From contig JBKJXL010000028.1 of NCBI GenBank assembly GCA_046716225.1, forward strand, positions 1 to 24,689: a stretch of 24,689 nt of DNA, read 5' to 3'. Both the position numbers and the translations under genes were made by a program. A model generated the notes under the pieces. It ran no database searches. It was not told the DNA's origin and saw only the letters and a program-made list of their open reading frames with translations. The stretch is from Candidatus Limnocylindrales bacterium (GTDB taxonomy: Bacteria; Chloroflexota; Limnocylindria; Limnocylindrales; CSP1-4). Below are positions 1 to 8,353 of the stretch, piece by piece. Each line of letters opens with the position of its first letter. The stretch's first letter is position 1.

Positions 1-214
1 GGTCGATCCTCGCGAACCGCAGGATAATAGTCGGCCTATCGCACGCCACTCCCACGCACGCGAGATCGTAACCTACACCGCTAACGCCCCCGAGAGTCCC
101 AAAGTCACGTCGGACGCGGCGAGGGCGCCCTGGAACGTCGTCGAGAGAGTTGATAACTGCGCTCGTTTCGCTCATCACGCCACTCGGGCGAGCACACCGC
201 TGGGCGTCGGATAG

Positions 215-253
215 TCCGAAGTCAGTCGCTCTGATCCACTGAGCTACGGGCGG
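215..253 (-). tRNA. 5' half of tRNA-Arg(TCG), interrupted after the anticodon loop
   Basis: The minus strand reads CCGCCCG-TA-GCTC-AGTGGATCA-GAGC-G-ACTGA-CTTCGGA: acceptor 5' strand, D arm, 5' anticodon stem and a 7-nt loop with TCG. The expected TCAGT 3' stem strand, T arm and acceptor 3' strand are absent; CTATCCGAC follows instead. Confidence 0.8.
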
Positions 254-267
254 ACCCGCGGATGATA
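254..267 (-). promoter_or_regulatory. Putative -10 box (TATCAT) with GC-rich discriminator upstream of the tRNA half
   Basis: TATCAT at 267-262 (minus), followed by CCGCGGGT and then the tRNA start at 253. No convincing -35. Confidence 0.4.
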
Positions 268-276
268 CCGCGGCGC

Positions 277-881
277 CTACGAGGTCACGTCCGCAACCCT
301 GACCGGACAGCCATCGCGCCAGCTGCGGGTGACGGCAACCGCCAGGCGGAGCGTCTCGAGCGCGTCGGTCGGACCGGGCGTGGGCGTGATGCCCTCGCCG
401 AGCGCCTGGAAGAACGCCTCGAGCCGGCCGAGCGCACCACTCTCGATCCGCTCCTTCGCCATGAGGTACCCGGGGTCGAAGCGCCGCATGAACCCGAGCT
501 GGACGGGGATACTGGTCGCCTTCACAAGCTCAACGACGCCCTGCGTCTCGGCGATGTTCAGGGCGATGGGCTTCTCACTCCAGACCGCCTTGCCCGCCCG
601 GACCGCCGTCTCGATCAGGCTCGCGTGCGTGCTCGTCGGCGTGGCGATCACGACCGCTCGACGCCGGGGTCGAGGATCGCCTCCTCCGCAGAGGCCACGG
701 CCCGTTCGGCCCTCGCGATCGCCCGACCGTGTTCGGCAGCCTCGAGGTTCTGGTCGGCGACGACGATCACCCGGACGTTCGGGATGCCCGCCAACGTGCG
801 GATGTGGGTTCGTCCCATCCGGCCGACGCCGAGGAAGGCGACGCCGATCTCATTTCGATCCTTGACCTTGAATGCACTCAT
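277..881 (-). pseudogene. Degraded Gfo/Idh/MocA (inositol 2-dehydrogenase-like) oxidoreductase
   Basis: The N-terminal piece (GVGRMG Rossmann motif, 881-648) and the next piece (EKP, GFMRRFD, 651-277) are in different frames; one missing base at about 657 restores VEAVVIAT. The protein also jumps from GALGRLE straight to the C-terminal AFFQAL helix, lacking roughly 140-150 residues found in the paralog at 1891-2922, including the DxxxHxxD catalytic segment. Confidence 0.85.
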
Positions 882-1894
882 GCCAGACGATCCCGGACTG
901 GTCCGGCGAGCCGCTCGAGCGTCTCCTCGTCACGAGGCGAGGGCAGGTCGGCGATCGCCTCCTCCGCCCCCGCCGCATGCCATGCGCGCAGCAACCCGGC
1001 CACGACCTCCTCAGTGTCGGCCAGCGGCGAGCTTTCGGCCCATGCCCGGGCATGGGCCGGGGTGCCACCTTGCTGGGCCAGAATCCCCGTCAATGCCTCG
1101 ACCGCGCCGTCCCGGCTGTCGCGGATGCAGATCGGGGGCACGCCGACGGTCCTGCGGATCTCCGAGGGGTCGCGACCGATCTCGGCACAGTGGTCGTCGA
1201 GGATCGCGTTCTTGCGGGCAAACGCCGACGGCTCGCCCTCACCGTTCCAGATGTCCGCATCGCGAGCGACGATTCGCAGCGTCCGACGCTCGCCACTCCC
1301 GCCGATGAGAAACGGCATGCGGGCCTGCACCGGTGGGGGATCGTTGCGCAGGTCTCGCGCGCTCACCCAGGCACCCTCGAACGTCATCTGCTTCCCGTCA
1401 AGGAGGCCGTGGACCACGTGTGCGGCTTCATCGAGCCGGCTGATCCGATCGCCGAGGGTGAGCACCCGGTAGCCAAACGCCCGATGCTCGGGCTCGTGCC
1501 AGCCCCCGCCCAGGCCGAGGATCGCCCGGCCGCCGGTCGCATGGTCGAGCGCGGTCGCCATCTTGACCGTCAGGCCGACGTTCCGATAGCCCACTCCGCA
1601 GACCATCACACCCAGGGGCACGCGCAAAGTCAGGGCGGCCCAGCCGGCGATCGTCATCCAGGCCTCGAAGACCGGGCCGGCCGGTCCGACGATCGGACCG
1701 TCGGAGTCACCGAGGATCGGCATCAAGTGGTCGTTGGCGAAGAGGCTGGCAAAGCCGAGCGCCTCGATCCGCTGACCCGTCGACATCAGATCGGCCCACG
1801 AGATCGACTGCCCCCAGACCTGAAAACCGATCCGGATCGGCTCCCGTGGACCAGGTCGCGGCCCAAGGAGGCCGCCGGCGGCACTGTCCGTCAT
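878..1894 (-). CDS. LLM-class (luciferase-like) flavin/F420-dependent oxidoreductase, 338 aa
   Basis: Motifs NDHLMP, FEAWMT, GRAILGLGGGW, IGGSGERRTL..ARDADIWN. ATG at 1894 overlaps the upstream stop (ATGA). The longer 730-aa ORF in the track is an upstream shadow extension. Confidence 0.88.
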   Translation of the reverse strand: MTDSAAGGLLGPRPGPREPIRIGFQVWGQSISWADLMSTGQRIEALGFASLFANDHLMPILGDSDGPIVGPAGPVFEAWMTIAGWAALTLRVPLGVMVCGVGYRNVGLTVKMATALDHATGGRAILGLGGGWHEPEHRAFGYRVLTLGDRISRLDEAAHVVHGLLDGKQMTFEGAWVSARDLRNDPPPVQARMPFLIGGSGERRTLRIVARDADIWNGEGEPSAFARKNAILDDHCAEIGRDPSEIRRTVGVPPICIRDSRDGAVEALTGILAQQGGTPAHARAWAESSPLADTEEVVAGLLRAWHAAGAEEAIADLPSPRDEETLERLAGPVRDRLA

Positions 1895-2922
1895 CGGTCG
1901 CGCTGCACCTCGACCGGACGACCCTCGCGCATCGATCGATCTGCAGCCACCGCGATCCTGAACGCGGCACGTCCGTCCGCTCCGGTCACCTCCACCGGGC
2001 GGTCGTCCACGATGGCCCGGACGAAGCCCTGCGCCTGCGCTGCGAGCCCTCGCTCGAAACGTGGGATGGCGGTCTCGAGGGCGTCCACAGCGAACGTGCC
2101 GCTGATGGCGCCACCGCTCGACGCCCCCTGCGTGCCCGACAGGAGGCCGACCCAGACTGAACCGTTGGTGGCCAGGACCTCCGTGCGGACATCCTCCCCG
2201 TACGTCGTGTTGCGGGCAAGTTCGACGGTGCCGGTTGCGCCGCTCGCGAACCGGAGGTTGACCACGGCGCTGTCGACGTCGCCGACCGAGGCGAGGGTCG
2301 GGTGTGCGTAGGTGGAACCGTAGGCATGGACCTCGACGACCTCGTCGGCCATGAGCCATCGGGCGAGGTCGAACTCGTGGATCCCCATATCGATCATGAT
2401 CCCGCCGCTGACGGCCGGATCGGCGAACGCGAGCGGCGGCGGCTCGGGGTCGAATTGGAGCGACTTGAACAGCATCGGACGCCCGTAGGCACCCGATGCG
2501 AGGCGTGCCTGGGCGCGGACGTAGTCTGGTTCCCAGCGGCGCATGAACCCGACCTGCAATCGGACGCCGGCACGATCCGCAGCTCCGATGGCGGCATCGG
2601 TGTCTGCGAGCGTCAGCGCGATGGGCTTCTCGCACAGGATGTCCTTGCCGGCGCTTGCGGCGAGCTGGATCATCTCGAGGTGACGGCTCGACGAGGTCGC
2701 GATGAGGACGGCGTCGAGACCTGGGGTCGCAAGGAGCGCTTCGATCGAATCGAAGACCGGCGGCCCGCCGACCTGCGCGGCTAAGCGGCGTCCGGCTTCG
2801 ACGTTGACGTCCGCGATCCCCACGAGCTTCGCCTGGGGCACGCTGCCACGGACGAGCCTGGCGTGGATCGAGCCCATCCGTCCGGCGCCGACGAGGCCGA
2901 TCCTGACGCGCGCAGCACTCAT
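1891..2922 (-). CDS. iolG: Gfo/Idh/MocA family oxidoreductase, myo-inositol 2-dehydrogenase-like, 343 aa
   Basis: GAGRMG, CEKPIA, GFMRRW, DMGIHEFD, YGEDVRTEV motifs; ATGA overlap with iolH; iol context. Substrate specificity not certain. Confidence 0.8.
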   Translation of the reverse strand: MSAARVRIGLVGAGRMGSIHARLVRGSVPQAKLVGIADVNVEAGRRLAAQVGGPPVFDSIEALLATPGLDAVLIATSSSRHLEMIQLAASAGKDILCEKPIALTLADTDAAIGAADRAGVRLQVGFMRRWEPDYVRAQARLASGAYGRPMLFKSLQFDPEPPPLAFADPAVSGGIMIDMGIHEFDLARWLMADEVVEVHAYGSTYAHPTLASVGDVDSAVVNLRFASGATGTVELARNTTYGEDVRTEVLATNGSVWVGLLSGTQGASSGGAISGTFAVDALETAIPRFERGLAAQAQGFVRAIVDDRPVEVTGADGRAAFRIAVAADRSMREGRPVEVQRDR

Positions 2923-3788
2923 CGCGCGGGCGCCGGATGCACGTCGAGGTAGTGCCGGATCCGCTCCAGCATGAAGCGCGACGACTCGACCGCCCGCTCC
3001 TCCCAGGCAAAGACACAACTCGTAAGGATGCCGTCGAAGCGGACTCGCCGAAGCGCCGCGAAGCAGGCATCCCAGTCCACCTCGCCCTGTCCGATGTCCA
3101 GGTGCTGGTGGACCCGTGCCGCCGACCCCGGTGGGTTGACGATGTAGCGCAGACCGGAGGAGGCCCGGTGGTCGAAGACGTCGGCGAGGTGGACCTGGGC
3201 GAGGACCGGCGCCGCGTACTCGATCATCGCTGCGATGTCATCGCCGAGGTGGAAGGTGTGGGGCGCGCAGTAGAGGTAACCGACGCCCGAAGAGTTGATG
3301 CCGCGGACGAGGTCCACGGCGGCGTCATTGCGTTCGATGAAATCGTCCGGGTGGGCTTCCAGATTCAGCTTGATTCCTTCGCGCTCGAGGATCGGGAGCA
3401 GCTCCTCCAGCGAGCGCCAGAACTGCGCCTCGCTCGTGGCTGCCGCCTCGGGTCGCCCGTTGAACTCGGAGTTCATGACCGTGGCGCCAAGCTCGACGGC
3501 CAGCTGGATCGCCCGCTTCCAGTAGCGGACCGCCGCCAGGCGTTCGTCCTCGTCCGGGCTCGACCATCGGTACAACGGCAACACGGACGAAAGCTCCATA
3601 CCGGTCTCGCGGAGGGCCGTGCGGAACTCCGCCACCCGGGCGCCGTCGGCACGCGGGTGCGTGAAGAAGGGAATGAACTCGGGTCGCGGTGAGAGCTCGA
3701 TGGCGTCGTACCCGATCTCCGCGGCGATCCGGCATACCTCGGCGAATGGAAGCCCGCGGAGCATGTACGGGTCAAGTGCGATCTTCAC
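2919..3788 (-). CDS. iolH: IolH-like sugar phosphate isomerase/epimerase (TIM barrel), 289 aa
   Basis: KIALDPYM, IELSPR, AAVRYWKRAI, LRYIVNPP, VHQHLDIGQGEVDW and VFAWEERA closely match Bacillus IolH as I recall it. GTG start with a GGAGG Shine-Dalgarno. Confidence 0.85.
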   Translation of the reverse strand: MKIALDPYMLRGLPFAEVCRIAAEIGYDAIELSPRPEFIPFFTHPRADGARVAEFRTALRETGMELSSVLPLYRWSSPDEDERLAAVRYWKRAIQLAVELGATVMNSEFNGRPEAAATSEAQFWRSLEELLPILEREGIKLNLEAHPDDFIERNDAAVDLVRGINSSGVGYLYCAPHTFHLGDDIAAMIEYAAPVLAQVHLADVFDHRASSGLRYIVNPPGSAARVHQHLDIGQGEVDWDACFAALRRVRFDGILTSCVFAWEERAVESSRFMLERIRHYLDVHPAPAR

Positions 3789-3789
3789 G

Positions 3790-6393
3790 TCACGAAGCCT
3801 CCCGCGCTGCGTCGTCAATCCGGTCGCGCAGCAGCATGGCGCTCGCGGCGATGAGATCGACCATCCGTCCCCGATCGATGGGGCGTTCGACCGCGGCCAT
3901 GTCGCGGACCCAGCGCAGCGTCCCATCGATGACGTCGAGGATGACCCCCGCCTCATCCACGCTGAAGAGCGGGCGATCCTGGACGTCGACATAGACCGGC
4001 GACGTGTGGGACGCCATGCTCGAGTTGAAGGCCGAGTGGATCTCGTGCGCGCTCCGCGACCGCGCCGCGATCCACGATCCAGCCCGGATGTCGACGAACG
4101 TCTCAATGCTCAGGTCGTCGGACGGTGTCGGGGATTCGCGCACCGCGACGACTTGCCCGTTGATCACGATCTCCACGGCGCTGATCAGGGGCTGCGCAGC
4201 ACGGACTCGAACGTGGGCCTCGAGACGCCCGCCCGATGCTGGGAGCGTCAGGACATCGCCGGGACCATGGCCGTCGACCGATAGTTCGATGACCGGCCCG
4301 GAGGTGGCGAACGTTCGGCCGGCCCGGACAGCGGCCGACCACGAATCGAATGTCGGCGGAGCGTCGCGATCCAGGCGGGCATACGTGCGGACCGCACCGA
4401 CGGGCACCTCGGCGGACATCTTGTCAGTCCCGCCGAGCACCGGGAGCCGGTAGCCACAATTGAGAAAGCGGTACCACTCTAGGATGGACGGATTGTCGAG
4501 GCCCGGCGCGAAACACTGCATCTCGACCGCGTCGATCCGGCCGGTCACGATGTCGGTGGCGATCTCCGCGTACGGCAGCGGGAAGTGCGCGGCGACGACC
4601 AACCCGCCCTGGGCATGACACTGGTCCGCCCAGTCGGCCAGCAGCTCCGTGAGGGCTCCGCCGATCCTTCCCTCGGGGCCGCCGCCGGCGGCCATGGTCA
4701 GGACGGGCCGGCGCGCCCCGAGCAGCCCGACATGGCCCAGCATGTTCTGGCGGTTCTCGGTTCCCACGATGACCGCGTGACGCCCGCTCGGATCGGTCGT
4801 CGAGCCCCAGGGAAGGTCGTTGACCGTCGAGAACTGATCGCCCCACTGCGTGGCGAGGAGATGGACGAACGCGACGTCCTCAGCGGCGGCCTGCAGAAGG
4901 GCGGTGGATGGAGCGAGGAAGTGGACGTGCGAATCTGCGGTCAGCCAGCCCTCTGGGCCCAGGTCGATCGGGCGCCCGAGCGGGACGTCGAAGCGACGCG
5001 TCCCCGGGTCGACGACCAGCGTGGTCCGCACGGGTCGATGATCGAACCCCTTGACGACCTCGATCTGGACCGAACCCACCGGCAGGTCGATCTCGAAGGT
5101 GCCCGGGACATAGGCGTAGATATCGCCACCAAGCAGCAGGTCGGTGCCCGTGTCCTCGTAGATGCCCGGGTTGACCTCGTCGCGGTGACCGAGCGGGGGG
5201 AGATAGCGCCCATCGGCTGCCAGGAACCGGACTCTCGCCGGCGTCGGCTCGCCCGTCGGACCATCGGTCACGGTGACCTCGACCCGGACGTCGAGGGGAG
5301 CCATCGGCAGGATGGCGAGCTTTCCGTCCGGGCTGACACGCCGCTCCCCGAGACGTGCGGCGGGAACGTCCCAGGCGCCGAACCGCAGCGTCGCGTCGGG
5401 CGCCAGCGCCACGTCGAGGACGGCCCGCGTCGCCTCGGCGTCGGGTCCGTGGCGATCGCCCGGTGTCGCCGGCCGGCCCCAACCGATCAGTCCGCTCGGC
5501 TCCACCGGCCCCATCGGTTGTTCGACTGGCCGCGACCTGATCGCGATCCCCAGATCCACGGTGGGCAGCCCGCCGCCGAACCCTTCCACGAGGATCTGCC
5601 GGCGAGGTCCGGCGATGAGCGGGCTCGCAGAGCCATTGAACAGGGTGACCGCCGCCACGACGACGTCTGTGCCGGGCCGCCCGCCCCCGAGCGGGGCAAG
5701 CCGCAGCTCGACGAGCTCCGTGGCGTGGTCGAGCGGGATGGCGTGAAGCCAATAGGTGGCGTCGTCGTCCGCGGTGGGAACGAAATCGGCTACGCCGGTC
5801 TGGGCCGGCCCCCACGCGCCCGGCAGCATCGTCAACGGCCCGGCGTGCCCTGCCGCGGCATAGCGGCCTGGTCCCTGGCGTGGGTGCGGACCGCGCCAAT
5901 CGACGACCTCATCGGGACGGTGGCCGACGGCAGCGAAGGGGAGAAAGCCCCAGCCGATGATCCCGTCGTTGATCTCCGACCTGCGCCGCACGTCGAGCAC
6001 CTGGGTTCGGCCATCGGCACCGACCAACTCGTACCGCGCAAGGGATTCCCCGGCCGACAGAACCCAGCCGACCGGCGCACCCGATGGCCTCGCACCGGCC
6101 GGATCCCGCCAGCTGTCGCTGAAATGCGCGACGACCACGTGGCTGGCCGGCCCATGGCCACGCAGGTCGATCGTGATCTCGCGATCGAGAAGAATCCAGC
6201 GCCGAGCGATCGATCGGCGCCCAAGGCTGAACGGAATGCCCCGGAAGACCTGGTCGCCTTCCGGGAGGCGTTCGATCGCCTGGCGATAGTGTGGGTGGAA
6301 TCGCTCGGCGACGTCCGCATCGGAGGCATTCCAGCTGTCCGCCAGCACGATCGGGCGGGCCAGGGGAGTTGCCGGGGCCGCGGTGACGTTCAC
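3790..6393 (-). CDS. CehA/McbA-family metallohydrolase (C-terminal PHP-like domain, long unassigned N-terminus), 867 aa
   Basis: WLTADSHVH (HxH), GTENRQNMLGH, VAAHF and GYRLPVLGGTDKM in the C-terminal half, followed by the GRTFATSGP...LSVDG beta-rich tail typical of these proteins. No signal peptide evident. Start GTG uncertain. Confidence 0.7.
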   Translation of the reverse strand: MNVTAAPATPLARPIVLADSWNASDADVAERFHPHYRQAIERLPEGDQVFRGIPFSLGRRSIARRWILLDREITIDLRGHGPASHVVVAHFSDSWRDPAGARPSGAPVGWVLSAGESLARYELVGADGRTQVLDVRRRSEINDGIIGWGFLPFAAVGHRPDEVVDWRGPHPRQGPGRYAAAGHAGPLTMLPGAWGPAQTGVADFVPTADDDATYWLHAIPLDHATELVELRLAPLGGGRPGTDVVVAAVTLFNGSASPLIAGPRRQILVEGFGGGLPTVDLGIAIRSRPVEQPMGPVEPSGLIGWGRPATPGDRHGPDAEATRAVLDVALAPDATLRFGAWDVPAARLGERRVSPDGKLAILPMAPLDVRVEVTVTDGPTGEPTPARVRFLAADGRYLPPLGHRDEVNPGIYEDTGTDLLLGGDIYAYVPGTFEIDLPVGSVQIEVVKGFDHRPVRTTLVVDPGTRRFDVPLGRPIDLGPEGWLTADSHVHFLAPSTALLQAAAEDVAFVHLLATQWGDQFSTVNDLPWGSTTDPSGRHAVIVGTENRQNMLGHVGLLGARRPVLTMAAGGGPEGRIGGALTELLADWADQCHAQGGLVVAAHFPLPYAEIATDIVTGRIDAVEMQCFAPGLDNPSILEWYRFLNCGYRLPVLGGTDKMSAEVPVGAVRTYARLDRDAPPTFDSWSAAVRAGRTFATSGPVIELSVDGHGPGDVLTLPASGGRLEAHVRVRAAQPLISAVEIVINGQVVAVRESPTPSDDLSIETFVDIRAGSWIAARSRSAHEIHSAFNSSMASHTSPVYVDVQDRPLFSVDEAGVILDVIDGTLRWVRDMAAVERPIDRGRMVDLIAASAMLLRDRIDDAAREAS

Positions 6394-6409
6394 GGTCCGT
6401 CCTCTCGTG

Positions 6410-6439
6410 TTGACGTAGTCGGTAGGCCGATGCTACCGT
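6410..6439 (+). promoter_or_regulatory. Sigma70-like promoter for the iolD1 operon
   Basis: TTGACG (6410-6415), 18-nt spacer, extended -10 TGcTACCGT (6431-6439); GGAGG SD before ATG 6473. Confidence 0.7.
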
Positions 6440-6458
6440 CCTGCAATCGGTTGCGCAA
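6430..6458 (-). promoter_or_regulatory. Divergent sigma70-like promoter for the metallohydrolase-iolH-iolG operon
   Basis: Minus strand TTGCGC (6458-6453), 17-nt spacer, TAGCAT (6435-6430); overlapped by the operator. Confidence 0.55.
6442..6457. promoter_or_regulatory. LacI-type operator, copy 1 (TGCAATCGGTTGCGCA)
   Basis: Near-palindrome with central CG fitting TGNAANCGNTTNCA. The 15-bp core recurs at 11112-11126 and 23813-23827; a LacI gene lies in the cluster. Confidence 0.85.
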
Positions 6459-6472
6459 GTCGGAGGGATTCG

Positions 6473-8353
6473 ATGAGGTCGGTTCGACTGACGACTGGCC
6501 AGGCCATCATCCGCTTCATGGCCCAACAGTACGTGGAGCGCGACGAACGTCAGCAACGCTTCATCGCGGGCGTGTGGGGCATCTTCGGGCACGGTAACGT
6601 CGCCGGCCTCGGACAGGCGCTCGAGGAACTCGGCGACGCCGAGGAGATGCCCTACTACCGGCCCCAGAACGAACAGGGACAAGTGCACATCGCGGCCGCC
6701 TATGCGAAGCACCGGAACCGCCTGCAGACCTTCGCGTGCACGTCGTCGATCGGTCCCGGTGCCACCAACATGGTCACGGGCGCTGCCAGCGCGACGGTCA
6801 ACCGTATCCCCGTGCTGCTGCTTCCAAGTGACTACTTCGCCAACCGCGTCTCCGACCCGGTGCTCCAGCAGATCGAGCACCCCGCTGAGCACGATGTCAG
6901 TGCGAGCGACGCGTTCCGTCCTGTGTCACGGTTCTTCGATCGGATCTCACGGCCGGAGCAACTGATCGCGAGCCTGCCTGAGGCGTTCCGTGTCCTGACC
7001 GACCCGGTCGAGACCGGTGCGGTGACGGTGACACTTCCCGAGGACGTTCAGTCCGAGGCGTTCGACTGGCCCGAGCGCTTCTTTGAGCGCCGTGTCTGGC
7101 GAGTCCGCCGGCCCGTTCCGGAGCCGGCGGTCGTGGCGGACGTCGTTCGGTTGCTGACCGAGGCGGAGGCGCCCCTGATCATCACCGGTGGCGGGACGAT
7201 CTATGCCGAGGCCACCCGCGAACTGGACGCGTTCGCATCGCGGTTCGGGATCCCTGTCGCCGAGACCCAGGCCGGCAAAGGCGCCCTCTCGTGGAACAAG
7301 CCGATGAACGCCGGGCCGATCGGTGCGAACGGCGGCCTGGCCGCCAATCGGCTGGCGCGTGACGCGGACCTGATCCTGTGCCTGGGCACCCGGATGGGCG
7401 ACTTCGTGACCTCGTCACGCACCATGTTCCAGAATCCCCGCGCCCTGTTCGTCGGCATCAATGTCGCTCCCATGGACGCCCACAAGTTGCGGGCGTTCCC
7501 GCTCGTGGCGGACGCTCGCGAGGCTATCACCGCGATTTCAGCCGCGCTCGAGACCGCCGGCTACCGTGGGACGTCGGACGCCTATCAACAACGGATCGGC
7601 CAGCTCAAGACCGACTGGGACGCGATCGTCGCGGGACTCCGCACCGTCAACGGAGAACCAGGGGATCTTGGGCAGGCCGAGGTCATCGGCATCGTGAACG
7701 ACACCGTGGGCGGGAATGCCACGGTGATCTGCGCTGCTGGAAGTCTCCCCGGCGATCTGCTCAAGCTCTGGCGAGCTGAAGACTCCAAGGCCTATCACGT
7801 CGAGTACGGCTACTCCTGCATGGGCTACGAGGTCGCCGCCGGGCTGGGTGTGGCGCTCGCGGAACCCGGGCGTCGGGTCGTGGTCATGGTCGGAGACGGT
7901 TCCTACCTGATGCTGAACTCGGAGATCGTGACCGCGGTGGCCGAGGGTCTGAAGTTCACGATCGTCCTGCTGGACAACCACGGCTTCCAGTGCATCACCG
8001 GCCTCGCGCGATCGGTCGGCGTGCCGGATTTCGGGAACGACCTTCGCTTCCGCGACAAGGGACGCAACCGCCTGACCGGGCCGTATGTTCCGATCGACTT
8101 CCGCCAGCATGCGGAGGCGATGGGCGCTCTGGCGATCTTCGCCGCCACCGCGGACGAGCTGAAGGCTGCTCTGGAACGGGCCGATCAGGCCGACCGGGTC
8201 ACCGTGATCGTCGTGCCCACCGAGCCCGAGAAGCGCGTCCCCGGATTCGAGGGTTGGTGGGAAGTTCCCGCGGCGGAGGTGAGTGGTCAGGCGGGCGTCC
8301 GGGCCGCGCGCGACGCGTACGACAAGGCGCGCACCATGCAGCGGCTCGGGTGA
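6473..8353 (+). CDS. iolD: 3D-(3,5/4)-trihydroxycyclohexane-1,2-dione acylhydrolase (ThDP-dependent), copy 1, 626 aa
   Basis: RLTTGQA..F, GIFGHGNVAGLGQAL, NEQ, TSSIGPGATNMVT, AAGSLPGDL, HVEYGYSCMGYE, GDGSYLM..N. Confidence 0.92.
   Translation: MRSVRLTTGQAIIRFMAQQYVERDERQQRFIAGVWGIFGHGNVAGLGQALEELGDAEEMPYYRPQNEQGQVHIAAAYAKHRNRLQTFACTSSIGPGATNMVTGAASATVNRIPVLLLPSDYFANRVSDPVLQQIEHPAEHDVSASDAFRPVSRFFDRISRPEQLIASLPEAFRVLTDPVETGAVTVTLPEDVQSEAFDWPERFFERRVWRVRRPVPEPAVVADVVRLLTEAEAPLIITGGGTIYAEATRELDAFASRFGIPVAETQAGKGALSWNKPMNAGPIGANGGLAANRLARDADLILCLGTRMGDFVTSSRTMFQNPRALFVGINVAPMDAHKLRAFPLVADAREAITAISAALETAGYRGTSDAYQQRIGQLKTDWDAIVAGLRTVNGEPGDLGQAEVIGIVNDTVGGNATVICAAGSLPGDLLKLWRAEDSKAYHVEYGYSCMGYEVAAGLGVALAEPGRRVVVMVGDGSYLMLNSEIVTAVAEGLKFTIVLLDNHGFQCITGLARSVGVPDFGNDLRFRDKGRNRLTGPYVPIDFRQHAEAMGALAIFAATADELKAALERADQADRVTVIVVPTEPEKRVPGFEGWWEVPAAEVSGQAGVRAARDAYDKARTMQRLG

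Noticed and set aside
162-180. Hammerhead-like TGATGA..GAAAC on the minus strand
   Set aside because: The core starts with G instead of C, and only 2 nt separate the motifs, so stem II cannot form.
206-214. CTATCCGAC (minus) resembles a group II intron 3' end, and ATAGTC (plus) resembles a group I S element
   Set aside because: No domain V/VI upstream, no GTGCG at the junction, and no correctly ordered P7 pair or internal guide sequence in the available bases. An intron remains unproven rather than excluded.
1895-3070. N-terminal 392 aa of the 730-aa ORF 878..3070
   Set aside because: Off-frame read-through over iolG and iolH; the real LLM gene starts at the ATGA overlap at 1894.
4585-6597. 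670-aa plus-strand ORF
   Set aside because: Antisense shadow of the metallohydrolase; Arg/Gly/Pro-rich with no domain motifs, as expected in high-GC DNA.
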